Shown here piece after piece: positions 41,406-55,629 of a stretch of 64,000 nucleotides of DNA (the first letter of the stretch is position 1; each line of letters opens with the position of its first letter). This DNA is from Eledone cirrhosa (lineage: Eukaryota): NCBI GenBank assembly GCA_964016885.1, contig OZ024741.1, forward strand, positions 358,236,001 through 358,300,000. The letters run 5' to 3'. Under the pieces are notes generated by a model, which was not told the DNA's origin, did not search any database, and saw only the letters and a list, made by a program, of their open reading frames with translations. The position numbers were made by a program, and so were the translations under genes.

Positions 41406-41936
41406 GTAAGGGAAGATTTAAGAAAGGACAACTTAACAAGAAATCGCCATTTATAATTTTTGTTTCTTTTCTGAAATTCAAACATAACAACAAATAACAT
41501 TTATTGAAAGATAATAAAACATTATTGTAAAATCTCCTAATTAAAATACAGAGGATTTAACAAGTTGCTTACCAGCAAATTTCTTTAATTTTCTTTGATG
41601 TTAAATATTACGCCAAGGACTTTATTGATACATATTTCATCAACCTGACACTGGAAGGAGGCTTTGCGGGATTTAAACTAAATATGAAAAGGGAACAATA
41701 CAAAATACCCCAAAGTATTTTCTCCATATTCTACTTATTCTGCCATATACCGTTTATATTTGGACGTCGCTGTATTGGGGCTTGTGTGTTCAAACGTGTT
41801 TTCCCACTAATATTGATTAGCTACTATTCTATAGGTTATATCATTTTTTTGGTGGATAAAGTTTCGTCCGATACCTTATAGCTAATACTTGAAGGGACCC
41901 ACATCGTGGAGTGCTTACGTCTGTATATGTATATAA

Positions 41937-42010
<74 letters not shown>

Positions 42011-42118
42011 AAAGTGTAATTTACTACACAAAACGAAGGTTATAGAGAAAATTGAGGTTGGTAATGGCAAAAAAGTATTCTGTCTCTTATATATTCCATG
42101 TGCCATTACCAACCTCAA

Positions 42119-42221
<103 letters not shown>

Positions 42222-42355
42222 GGTTTGTTGGTTCACCACTGGATAGAACTGGTCATTCCGTATGGTCAACCTCGATGTAATATTATGGAGAGCACTCAAC
42301 GTAATGCAACTCACCCGTCTTCGTTTGTGTAGTTGGTGGTTCGAGTACGGAGTTA

Positions 42356-42997
42356 ATTATTATAAAATAACAGGAGGCTGGACTGGTGTAATTCCTTAAA
42401 AGGTTTATTATACTATGATCATTTTAATGACCGGGTTCAGTATGAATCCGGTGACATCATCAGGTATTCGAAATATAACAAAGGAATATAATAGACAAAA
42501 TCTATGGGGCTGAAATTCAGAGACATGAGGGTGACCGAACATTTAGCAGCTTCTATCTACTCCGATCGGCTGCCCTCAAGTGGTGATTATTAAGCTCACT
42601 AATGTCCATCTGGTGAAGGGGCGTAGGCTTATAGTGTACTACTACCACCCCATCAAAGACAGGTCAGCATTGAGGTCAGGTCACAATCAAGCTGGTCATG
42701 CGTGCTAGAAAGTGCCGCGAAAAATATCAAAGAACATATATCTTTAACAAATCTATATATAGTAATATATAGTGGGCGTCTGCATGGTTTAATGTATGGA
42801 CAGAAATTACGATTAACAATTAGAAACGTTAAATTTATGTTTAGAGTTAGAAGATGCCATTTAAGATGAAATTAGAAAAATAAGGTTTAGGTTTGAGGTT
42901 GTGAAACTTAGATAAAGAATTTACAGAAGGAAGCTTTTATGAAAAAGTTTAAGTGTATTATAGATAGTCACGATAAAGTTTCAGGGTAGAATATATA
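42356..42997 (-). mobile_element. PLE pseudo-LTR with a hammerhead at 42410-42467; reverse complement of 57773-58410
   Basis: About 640-bp high-identity match; ATAC-CTGATGA...AAAA-TGATCA-TA-GTAT. Confidence 0.8.
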
Positions 42998-43011
42998 TAT
43001 AATATATATAC

Positions 43012-43045
<34 letters not shown>

Positions 43046-43185
43046 GTATATATATTATATACAGGCACCAATCACAAACTTTCTTCCTTGACCGCTAGCC
43101 ACGTGAGGTTTCTTAGCCATTTTGAATCCATTTCTGGCGGGGATCATGGTAGAAGAAACTTAGTCCAGTCTGAGGGTCTGAGGTA

Positions 43186-43268
43186 TCTCCTGAAGAGTTC
43201 CAGTCCTCGTGGATGTATCCAAGATCGGATATATCCAAAAAGTGGAACGAAATCACCGGTGGTCGAGA
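43186..43268 (+). ncRNA. Intact type I hammerhead ribozyme with two-part helix II
   Basis: TCTC-CTGAAGA-GTTCCA..TGGATGTATCC/GGATATATCCA..TGGAAC-GAAA-TCACCGGTGG-TC-GAGA. Confidence 0.88.
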
Positions 43269-44084
43269 CTAGGTGAATTTTGGTAAAATTTATGTGCATT
43301 TTTTCTTCAAACTTCTATTTTGTACCTAATTCCGTGTAGTTATATTTATCTAGTCAATTTCTACAGGCTAGAAGAAATAATTAGTAAGTGTCATATGGCT
43401 GTACATCGCGGAAAATAATTTGTATCATTTGTCTATTATTTCTTCATAAGTACATTTTAAACTTATAGCCTCGTTTAAATGATTTTTATGTGGTTAATTT
43501 ATACTGATTGGGAGAGGAAATATTGTATATATTTTATCTAATGGTTCTTCGGACTTGCATTTTTATATATAGCTCTGATTAATGATTATTTGCTTAATTA
43601 ATTCTTCATTGAGCCACACCGTGAAAGGTTGCGAAACTCATATATGTATCTGTGACTATGTCTAATTATATATATATACCCCTTTGAATTTAGTATATAT
43701 ATATAGATATAATATATATAAAATATATATATATTATATATATATATCCGTTTATTTTTCACCGAAAGTAGTTTTTGAATGCATCTTCTCTTTTCATGAT
43801 ATCCGGATTACATTGAGTTCTTCATACGGATTGGACACAACCGTAAACTTTTGGTATATTTATCTACATATATATATATATAACGAAAGAAATGTGGTAA
43901 GGAACCAGGTGGACCATAACGCACTAAAGTACTCAATACTTAGGGTAGTAGAGTGGGTAATAGGAACGAGTAGGACCCCGACGGCTGAGCTCAAGCCGTT
44001 TCGACGGGTAATTCTGGACTAAAATTTTTTAGTCCAGGTCCTACTCGTCGGGGTCCTACTCGTTCCTATATATATATATATATA

Positions 44085-44148
<64 letters not shown>

Positions 44149-44391
44149 ATATTATATATATATTATATATATATATAATATATAATATATAATATATATA
44201 AAATATATAATATATATTTTATATACCTTATAGAACTCTTTTTTTAAAAGAATTGTTCCTCTCATTTTTTCAATAATGTTACTTTGACGGATCAAAGAAG
44301 AAAAAAAGAAAAACTGATACTTAAATATATTTCTCCCCCCCTCTCTCTCTCTCTGTATATATATATATATGCATATGTATATATATATTTA

Positions 44392-44438
<47 letters not shown>

Positions 44439-44500
44439 GAAAATATATATGTACATGTATATGTATATATATATCTGCATATATATATATATATATATAC

Positions 44501-45444
44501 CGAATAAGTAAAAGCAAAGTAGTTTCAGATGTTAAAGTCCTTTAATAATAATGCTGTGATACATATTTCAATGGCGACAGTGGCCACTGTTCCGTGCGCC
44601 AGTGCCACGACATCGTCAGACAGCTTGTTACATAATAATGTTATGCTTCCGAGGCAATCCAAATTGAATCGACATGGGAACGGACGAAGTGTGTGCTCTT
44701 GGGTTCTTCGTCCGTTCCCTTGTGAGTACCAATTCACCCCCACCAGTCTGCGCAGGTGCAGGTCAGAAGGAAGTTGACCATCAGCTACCGCAGAGTTCAA
44801 CGAAATTCGCCTTGGCAGTTCCCCCTCTCAACCAAACAATAACCTATTCAGGCCTGTAATATATAGCTTACTGCTAGCCACCCGATCAGTGGCAGTCAGC
44901 CGAAAGCTAGTGGGGTTGGGAGAGTATGAGTGTCAATAGGTCTCAATACCACCCCACATTAAGCATGGACAGTAGAATTGACAATCAACCTCTAAGAGAA
45001 AATATACTTAATTCTAGGTATCATGCTTTCACAGTGGAAATTATGAATGAGAGTTGGAAATTAAAATTTAAAAAAACTGCGGTAGCTGATGGTCAACTTC
45101 CTTCGGACCTGCGCCTGCGCATACCGGTTGGGGTGAATTGGTACTCACAAGGGAACGGACGAAGAACCCAAGAGCACACACTTCGTCCGTTCCCATGTCG
45201 ATTCAATTTGGATTACCTCGGAAGCATAACCTTATTATGTAACAAGCTGTCTGACGATGTCGCGGCACTGGCGCACGGAACAGTGGCCACTGTCGCCATT
45301 GAAATATGTATCACAGCATTATTATTAAAGAACTTTAACATCTGAAACTACTTCGCTTTTCCTTATTCGATATTTACTCCGTCACTTTTATGTGGAATAA
45401 GTACGTTGAGTTCTTGAATTGAATTGCATCAATGTTTATCTTAA

Positions 45445-45445
<1 letters not shown>
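44501..45445. mobile_element. Divergent inverted pair of PLE pseudo-LTRs (arms about 290 bp, spacer about 285 bp)
   Basis: 44501-44793 is the reverse complement of 45078-45369; flanked by (TA)n. Confidence 0.85.
45246..45317 (+). ncRNA. Type I hammerhead ribozyme; mirror copy at 44553-44624 (-)
   Basis: GCTGT-CTGACGA-[43 nt helix II region]-GAAA-TATGTA-TC-ACAGC. Confidence 0.82.
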
Positions 45446-45488
<43 letters not shown>

Positions 45489-46040
45489 CTTTGATAACTT
45501 TGATAACTTTGATAGGTTTCAGCCAGTATTGGCCCAGGCCATGTCTAACTTCATAGTACTATATATGGTGAAATCTTTCAAACATGATTTGAACACCATG
45601 GTTCACTCAAGTAGAGAGTTATTGTTTTCGGAGACATTACAGGGTGTAGGAGGTTTATCCGGAATTTCTTGGAGGAATTTGTCCAAAGTCATTTTGAATT
45701 GAACTTTGCCTTTCATTTTTCTGAGGATCGATAATATGATAGATCCTCTGTTGATTTCAACGATGAGCATTCATTTGTTTGATCAACTGGACCTCAAACC
45801 TGTGAATTAACTCGTAAGTGGTTCAGTATTCCACAGAAGAGTGTACCTTTAATGTTATTTCTAAGCTGAATCAGCTTGACACAGTGTATGACAAAATTGG
45901 ATCTTTGAATTATTGGTACAAGCTTACCATACATTCTGTCTATCCAATTCCACTTTAAAGATGTCTCGCAGTTGGATAGAACCCAGGACCTTATGTTTAC
46001 GAAGCGAACTATTTAACCAACGGAAGTCAAACACACACAT

Positions 46041-46187
<147 letters not shown>

Positions 46188-47446
46188 GTTTACCTGTCGT
46201 CCTGTTTGTATATCAATTTATCAATATTTGTGTCAGTCGAAATACAAATAAATTATAATAAATTAATACAGTAGCACACGAAAGCAATCATAAATCTTTG
46301 GTACTTCGTTTTGGGTCCTATTGAAATATTGAACAAACATACATATTCATAAAGAACCAAAGAGTTTCTACCTACAACAAATTATATTGATTCAATTTGA
46401 AATTGTTTATAAAATATTCAAACCTTTTCTGATGCCAATTGTGTAAAGTAATATTGTTATAGTTTGTTCTATACAGCATCAAATTTATGCAAATTGATGC
46501 TACTATATATAGTAATATTCTTTTATTTTGTTTTATAGAACATAAAACTTATTCAAATGAAACTTACATGTTTACAATCATTGTTCCAAATTTGCATATA
46601 AAATGAACAAATGTTTATGTACATGTTTTATGAACAATAAGCTTTGGTACCATCAAATGTTTCTACTTTTATCAATATATATGTATTGTCTTATTCAAGT
46701 GTGCTTTTAGAAGTACAATTAATTGTCTATCGTTTTATGTACATCAGTTTCATATTGATTTTCTATTCATAAGATTCGCACACTCATTCGACCATAGTTG
46801 CACTTTCGAATAGTTAATAAAGCCAAAGGTGGTGGATTAACAGAATTGGTAGATCGTCGGACAAATATGCTTTGCAGCATTTAGTTACGGCCCTTTATGT
46901 TCTGAGTTCAAATCCTGTCTATGTTAACTTTGTCTTTGACCCTCCCTGGGTTGATAAAATAAATTACCAGTCAAGTACTAGAGCCGATTTAGATCGACTT
47001 TCCCCGCCTAAATTAGAAACCAGAGGGCGATGGATTGATAGAATTGGTAGAGCATTGCATAAAATGTCATTGCAATATTTGTTTTGCCTCTTTACGTACA
47101 AATCACCCCAGGGGTCAACTTTGCCATTAATCTTTACAACGTCGATAAAATAAAGTAACAGTCATGTTCTGGGGTTGATTTAATCGCCTTTGCCCCTCTC
47201 ACAAATTTGCTGGCCTTTTGCCTAAAGTAGAAATCAATATTTAGCAAGCCAGTCTCTGCCTTATAAGCTATGATGGTATTTAATTAGAGGATTTTAATCC
47301 AACACTGTAGCATGATAATGATGATGGATCCTCTGTCGGTTTCGTCGATGAACATTCAGTCATTCAATCAAAAGAACGTCCAACTTGTGAATTAACGTGT
47401 AAATTTCGTCTGATAAGAAAATATTGGCGATTCTATTTTATTCTAT

Positions 47447-48035
<589 letters not shown>

Positions 48036-48783
48036 ACTATACTAAAGTAAGGAGTGCGGGACGGCATCCAGAATATATTTTTTTTACCCCGTTAGTAAAA
48101 TAAGTTGGATTACTTTGAATGAATAATTGTTTTTACTTTTTGGCACAAGGCCAGCAATTACCCAGTGCATTACTGGTAACTTTATTTTATCGACCCCATA
48201 AGGATGAAAGGCAAAGTTAACCTCGGCGGGATTTGAACTCAGAATGGCAAGAGCCGTAACTCCATGCGTCAAAGCATGGCGTCCGACCCTCTACCAATAC
48301 TGCCAAAATGAATAATGAATGAATATTACATAATTTATCTACTAAATTTCGTGGCTGTTGTTTAAATATATTTTATAGCTTATTTAAAGATTCACTTCTT
48401 TAAAATTGTCAAATGGCAACACTTCCGGTTAGCGGCAGTTATATTATAACACTTATAATCGCATATATTTCCGTCGCTAATTATCTCCTAATGCAGTTTA
48501 TATATAATATCGTCTTTTTTTTAATATATCATGGATTACGTTACTGATTACATAAGACAGTGTAACACAGACTTCGTTCAATTTCTGTGTATATTGTCAA
48601 TTACGATTTTATTTACATGCATATATATTTGTGTATAATATCAATATACACACTACGCATGCTAGCAGAAAACCATCCGAAGGGTGGTTTTTCTGCTAGT
48701 GTATATAATGTGAAATGAAACTGGAAGGCCCATATATGTACAGTCTGCATGTATATATATATATATATAAATGTGTGTTTGTA

Positions 48784-48946
<163 letters not shown>

Positions 48947-49286
48947 AGGGGTGTCTGTGGTCTATATACACTGGTCATAGACACATACACGTAGACACAC
49001 ACACACGTATACACGCACACATATATATATATACACACACTCACATATATATATACACAACACCACCAGCTCTCTCTTCCATTCTCCTCTATATCTTCTC
49101 TCTCTCTCTATGTCTCTCTTTCAATCTACTCTCTCACAACGACTATCTCTTTTTCTCTATCATTCTCTCTCTCTGTTTATGAAAGTACCCAGAAAACCCC
49201 ACATCTCGGGAACCCGTGCTTTAATTTACGCGAAACTTGTTATATTCCATTTGCATTCCCATTTCAGGGGCAACTTCCTTTCAAAG

Positions 49287-49423
<137 letters not shown>

Positions 49424-49955
49424 CATATTGTTACCCATAGGCAGATCTCACATAATACAGCCTCAACAGAAGAATATTGCTCGCCTATGGCAGACAACAG
49501 ATATAACCAGGACACCATAGTGAAATACCAATATATGGAACATTACATTCATGTAACATTCTTTCTTTATTTTAATTTATATTCCTTTTGAAGTTCCGAT
49601 GAGCTGCTCCAAATTTGCCTAAGTTAATTATCTTCAACTGAACCAGATCAATAATGATCTATAATCATTTGATCCAGAAACATTATATGGAGTAGCGAAA
49701 CAATTGCACTCCAGTGCAAATATATCGCACGCTCTCTCAAGTCAGCGAGAGTGGGAGGGAAGGGGCTAACGGGTTCTGATGTTGGGTTGAATAGTTTTTA
49801 GGATTCCCCAGTTCAGCAGCCAGTACGTTAAAGAAAATTGATAATTACAACAATAAAGGCTGAACAAAGAACACATTTTTTTAACAAACAATAATTTGTA
49901 CAACCATAATGGAAATTCCAAGTAACAGAAAATATTTAAATTACATTGTTAGAGC

Positions 49956-50192
49956 CTATTTTTTGTTCGGCCCTCGGGAGCAAAGATGAAGTGATTGTTT
50001 GGCGAGCTCACCCGAGAGCATCTTACATACAATTGACCATGGTTTTCCCAGATGAAGGCCAGCCACTTTTAGAGTTAGACCCTGAGCTTTGTTGATGGTA
50101 ATCGCGAAGCTTAGTCTCTCTGTTGCTCTAGTAACATTTTTTCTTCTGGAAAATCTGATCTTGCGGCCAGGCTGGGACTTTTTGGGTGGCAT
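49956..50192 (-). pseudogene. Internally deleted Helitron remnant (Pif1 helicase C-terminus)
   Basis: [23 protein letters not shown], then in a shifted frame HGQLYVRCSRVSS...EGRTKN. Confidence 0.8.
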
Positions 50193-50288
50193 ATCGGCAG
50201 TAACAATGAGGATAAGCCGTCTGTGGTTTCGTGAAATAAATACGTTTGTTTATATTTTGTTCTTGTGTATGCAAAAATATCTGTACAC

Positions 50289-50396
<108 letters not shown>

Positions 50397-50767
50397 ACAG
50401 ATTAAAGTTTAAGCAAAGAATCGCTTCTTTCACCCTTGACGGGATCTTCTGAAACTAAAAAAAAAATCAATCTGTAAACGCAGAAGTAAATATTTCGAAA
50501 AACGTTGCAACCGAAGGAAAATAGGAAGACGATACTTTGGTACGTGAAGACGTTCCATGGCAATGAACGGAAAAAGCGAAGATAAGGGTTCTCATATATT
50601 TGATATATATTTATCCTTATCGAGCCCTCTTTGGATTTTAGTCTTCACATTTATATATATATATAATTAATTATTGAGTTATTTCCATTTGTTTTATTAC
50701 GTTTTCTTTCATACACTTGCGTTCTTTGCAAAATTTACTGTTAACGGTATCCTATAAACTTGTATTA

Positions 50768-50845
50768 GCGCCTGAAGAAAGGTCACTATTTTGTCTTGTT
50801 TTCTGGGGGTATTGAAAATTTGGGCCTTGAGACTTTGGGTAGCGC
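50768..50845 (+). ncRNA. Decayed hammerhead motif
   Basis: GCGC-CTGAAGA-AAGGTC...GGCCTT-GAGA-CTTTGG-GTA-GCGC; GAAA is mutated to GAGA. Confidence 0.5.
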
Positions 50846-51899
50846 CATTGTTTCGTGTATGAACATAAATAAATAATTATCTTTACTTTTGGCACAAGGC
50901 CAGTAATTATCCAGTGCATTACTCGTATTTTATTTTATCGACCTCGCAAGGATAACTTCGGCGGGATTTGAAATCAGACCATAAAGGGACGTAACTCTAT
51001 GCTGCAAAGCGTAGCGTCCGACCCTCCACTGATACTGCCAATCCACCGCCCTAAATAAATAATATAATATTTCTGCTCTCTTCCCGATTGAACACTCTTT
51101 TCCTTTTTCCTTTTCTCATCTACCGATATTGCCACATACACATATACATACACACACACATATATATGTGTGTGTGCATGTGTATATATATATATATGTG
51201 TATAGTGGGGGTGTATAGTGATTATTCATAGCTAGCTGGTGTTGAAATAATCATGCGGATAAATGTGTCACGTCATCTGTGTATGAAGACGTGTTGAAAA
51301 TATACGCTTTATTAGAAATAGCTTTGTTCCATTGATTTTATATATCCGTGCTTCTATAATCACTACTACAACTGAATTTTCGGTGACAATTATTTGTTCA
51401 AAGCTCTAATAGATTACTCACAGTAGACTACCTTCATTATTTATCGGAACTCTATTATAATGTTTATCATTTAGTTTGAAGCGAAACGTTAATGAACCTC
51501 ACCCTTTTGAGGCCCACTCCCATAACATAATCAATTGAGATAAATGGATAAGATTAATACGATCTTATCCCCTACAGCTGTATCAAGAAACTGCCGACAC
51601 ATATCAAAGTAATACATGAGCTTGTCAGCTGTATGATGAGGTTTGACACACGACTCTATCTTCCCAGTTATACCATGTCTCTTTCGTAACTGAGGACCAT
51701 GCTGCAAAGTCCAACACGTAATGATGAATTGTATAGGGTGCAATATGGCAGACTAAATATGTTGCATTTTCTCTACGGTTCAGTCTATTTTTGTATACCC
51801 GAAAATTGTTGGTAGTTATCACAGTAGAAACGAGCACGGTAGTCGCAGTCAAAGCACAACAGAAATTCCTTTGTTATTGTTATATAATTCTTCTTATCG

Positions 51900-52860
51900 T
51901 TCATATTGTTTATTTATTTATATATTTTGTTGTTGCTCTTACGAATTTCCGCGAGGTCCTTCTTGTTATCTGTTCGATTAGGTGATCTGGTGTCCACTGT
52001 TGTTGTTGGTAGCGTTGATGGTCGGCTCCATTCGGAACATATAAACAGAGCGTCACCGTTATATGACAGAGCGTCCTGGCGATGTCAGAGTACAACAGTC
52101 AGTTTCTTTGCATCTCCAAACAGTGTTTGGAGTTAGTGAGCCTACTGATGTTACAGTTACTTTTGTGTGTATGTGTTCTTTTTTATGTTTATCTGGGCTG
52201 AGTGGAAGATATAGGGATTTTTATAATATTACTATAGCAGTCTTCCGTATTGTATATCTCTATGGGTGATTGGAGGTAATTTTTCATGTAGTTCCAGTGA
52301 ATATGAGGTTAGAAGCTTTCTGTGGCAACAAACTGTGCCTCTTGCATGTCCGGGTAGGTTTTCATTTTCCTTTTGTTTTGTATAGGTGGTTTGTAGATAT
52401 GACCTGTAAGCAGCATGTGATAAGGAGTAGCGTGCTGTTTTGTGTACTTTGTAGTTTATTGTGGAGCGGTTGGAAGTCCGGAATACTCCATGATGGATGT
52501 AACGTACTGACTGTACACCATTGTTGATGTTTATTTCTGTTGGAAAAATTTTTGTAACTGCGATTATTTTAAATATGTTTGTACATCATCTTGCTTATCA
52601 TATTTTCTAAGTGTGTTTTGAATGTCGTGTAATTTTGTATTCTCTGTGCGGGCTATGTTTATGTTGTTGATTGTGATGGTTGATTTCATATGATGTTCTC
52701 TGGTGTTGCTGGTAGGAAAGGTGACAGTGGTTTTAGTAAATGCTGTTTTAAATATTGTTTTGGAGCCAGGTTTTACGCGGTTTATATATGGTTGAAGTAA
52801 TTGCCCACTGGTATTTGAAGAATGGTAAGATTATATGAGTGTGATGGCATCTACGTACGA
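51900..52860 (-). mobile_element. Very degenerate LINE C-terminal remnant
   Basis: YSQYVTSIMEY...KLQSTQN..LLLITCC resembles post-RT regions of I/Nimb/Jockey-type LINEs. Confidence 0.4.
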
Positions 52861-54368
52861 GGCTGTATGTGTATTTTACGTAAATGTCGTGTGTATAGCG
52901 AATTGACTGAGTCTTTAGGACGTCGGATAAAATGTTTTGCGGTATTAATTTCGTCTCTCTGCGTTATATGAGTTCAAACTCTATTGAGGTCAGCTTTATC
53001 TTTCATCCTTCCAGGGTAGATAAAAAGTACTAGTCCTGGACTAGGGTCGATTCTTCCTCTATATGATCTTTCTCACTCTCTCTTCTCTGGAAGAAATCTG
53101 CTGTTTTGACCTCGAGATAAGATGGGCTCCGCCAAGTTTAAAGTGATCGAGATACGCTGTATTCCTGAAGTTGTCCTTACGACTCCATTAAAAGTTAGGG
53201 GTCCACGAGAAAGAAAGTCATAACTTGAAAATAGTTCATTCGAGAAATTGCTAGTTCTGAACATGACGACCGTATAAACTACTGAAAACTAGTCATCTTG
53301 GCAAATAATTCGACAACCAACATTTTGTTTTTTAAGCTGTTGAGTATTCTTTTCGTATAAATGGTTTCTAATTTCGACTCCAGGCGAGCAATTGTTTTTG
53401 AAGAGAGGGGAAAATCGTTGACATCGATTTCCCAGTACTTGATTGGTACGTTATTCTATCGATGCCGACGGTAATGAAATACTGCAACACATTTCAATCG
53501 GTGCCCTTACGATTCTGTCAATCCAGTGGCCACTTTTTTTCGTATAAATAAATGTTGATAACAATGGTAATAAGAGTGGTACGCAGGGCCGGATTTAAAA
53601 CTTCAGGCCGTAGGTCTCACACATCATGCTGATGGGAGACCTAGGGAAAATTCCTCATCTGCCCTGCTGTTAATCCGGCTCAGGGTGTACGTATGGAAAA
53701 TTTTGTTGAAGGAGCTACCATTTATTCTTTGCATTAAATTCGTGAGTAGTGTGGTAGCCGAATGTAGTCGTTTGAATCCATGTCGGGATTTGATGTCAAG
53801 GATTAACCTTTATATAATTTTTGAAGATGTACATAGGAGGAATATGGGTCTGTATGGTTTTATTTCTCTTATATTTTTGTTGGGCGTTAAAATTGTTACG
53901 ATTTTGCCAAGGTTCCAAATTCGGAGTATTTGGCTGTGTTAATACCAGTAGTTGTTGTTTAGTTTAACCTCTGTTGAAGCAGGCCTATGATCAAAATGTA
54001 TTCTAGTTGTGATAATCACGTCTTTCTTTGTTTTTCAGATACAGTGTCTCAAGGATTACATTATAGAAAATACTAGAGAGAGAGAGAGAGAGAGGGAGAG
54101 AGAGGGAGAGAGAAAGAGTCGGCTGCTATATATAGTAGGTAGAGCGATCTCTTGGAGGCTTTCTCGTTTGCTCTTAGTTATAGATGTTGGGGGATGCACT
54201 GACTTTAGGTGTTTTAGGAATAATTGTAATTTTGTCTGCTCTCGACGCTTTTCCGGTTTTAGATTTACCTATTGCTTTTTGCGTGACTAATGGAAGGAGA
54301 GATGGATAGATATATATATATATAGAGAGAGAGAGGGGAAGAGAGAGTGATAGAGAGAGAGAAAGAGA

Positions 54369-54436
<68 letters not shown>

Positions 54437-55089
54437 GAGAGAGAAAGAGTTAAAATCGAGGTTTAGTAGGAAGGTGTGTATTTTCGGATTTGTAGGTATG
54501 TTGGTGGTTGATTTTCGAGAAATATCTCAAATGAGACAGTTCGCTTCTTTTAGCAATTTTAATTTTAGTTGTGTGTGGTGTTCTTATACTGTGGTGATAA
54601 GCATAGATTATACGAGAAAATAAAAGTTGTTCACCAAGTGTTTGGGGTAGCTAGATGTGGAAAATCTGCGTCAGAGTTGTCGTCACGCTTAGGGATCCAA
54701 CCGGATCAGTTGGAGACGGTTGTTTCTGACAGGACCCGTTGGAAGGAGTGTTTGAGGACTCTGCCTCAACAACCTTCTCAGGAATAAGTGGAAGAAGAAG
54801 AAGAAGAAGAAGAAGAAAAAGAAGAAGTGTGTCCGTGTGTGTGTATTGATTTGGGTAGGTTAGGGTGTAAAAGGAATTTAGCTGCAATGATATTATGTCA
54901 CCTCATGTGTTATCTGTATTGTTTGAAAACAGGAGGGGTTGCGTACTCACATTTTTATGTGTGTACGAAAATAGAGATTACATATATAATATATCTATGG
55001 AATTGTTAATCCCTAGGCTTTTGCGCTTAAATACACTTTATTGATTTCATTTTAGATTATATTTACGTGACAGTTGGCATATATATATA

Positions 55090-55523
55090 TAGAAGTAGTC
55101 ACACAACAGTTAGTTCACCATACCGAGAACAGTTGTTTTACCTAATGCGGATCTTCAGCTCGGACTGGTCGGACACGAGGATATAGAGAGCGCTCACAGG
55201 GTAGAAAGCCAAACTTCCACGTGATGAAAAGAATCTGCTGACCGGTGCTGGAGACGTGTATAGAGGTAGAACACTGGAAGGTAATATCCGTAGTGGTAGA
55301 GCACTCAGTCCATGGGACGAGTTTGGTAGAAGTAGTAACACAACAGTTAGTTCACCATACCGAGAACAATTGTTTCACCTTATGCGGACCAGTCCGAGCG
55401 GAAGATCCGCATAAGGTGAAACAATTGTTCTCGGTATGGTGAACTAACTGTTGTGTTACTACTTCTACCAAACTCGTCTCATGGACTGAGTGCTCTACCA
55501 CAACGGATATTACTTCCAGTGTT
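55090..55523. mobile_element. Tandem plus inverted PLE pseudo-LTR cluster with hammerheads at 55123-55163 (-) and 55394-55434 (+)
   Basis: Consensus CCGAG-CTGAAGA-TCC(GCATAA)GGT-GAAA-CAATTG-TT-CTCGG; foldback arms at about 55270-55388 and 55406-55523. Confidence 0.78.
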
Positions 55524-55524
55524 G

Positions 55525-55629
<105 letters not shown>

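Noticed and set aside
44525-45345. Mirror-image ORFs in the inverted arms
   Set aside because: A by-product of the inverted repeat; no protein motif.
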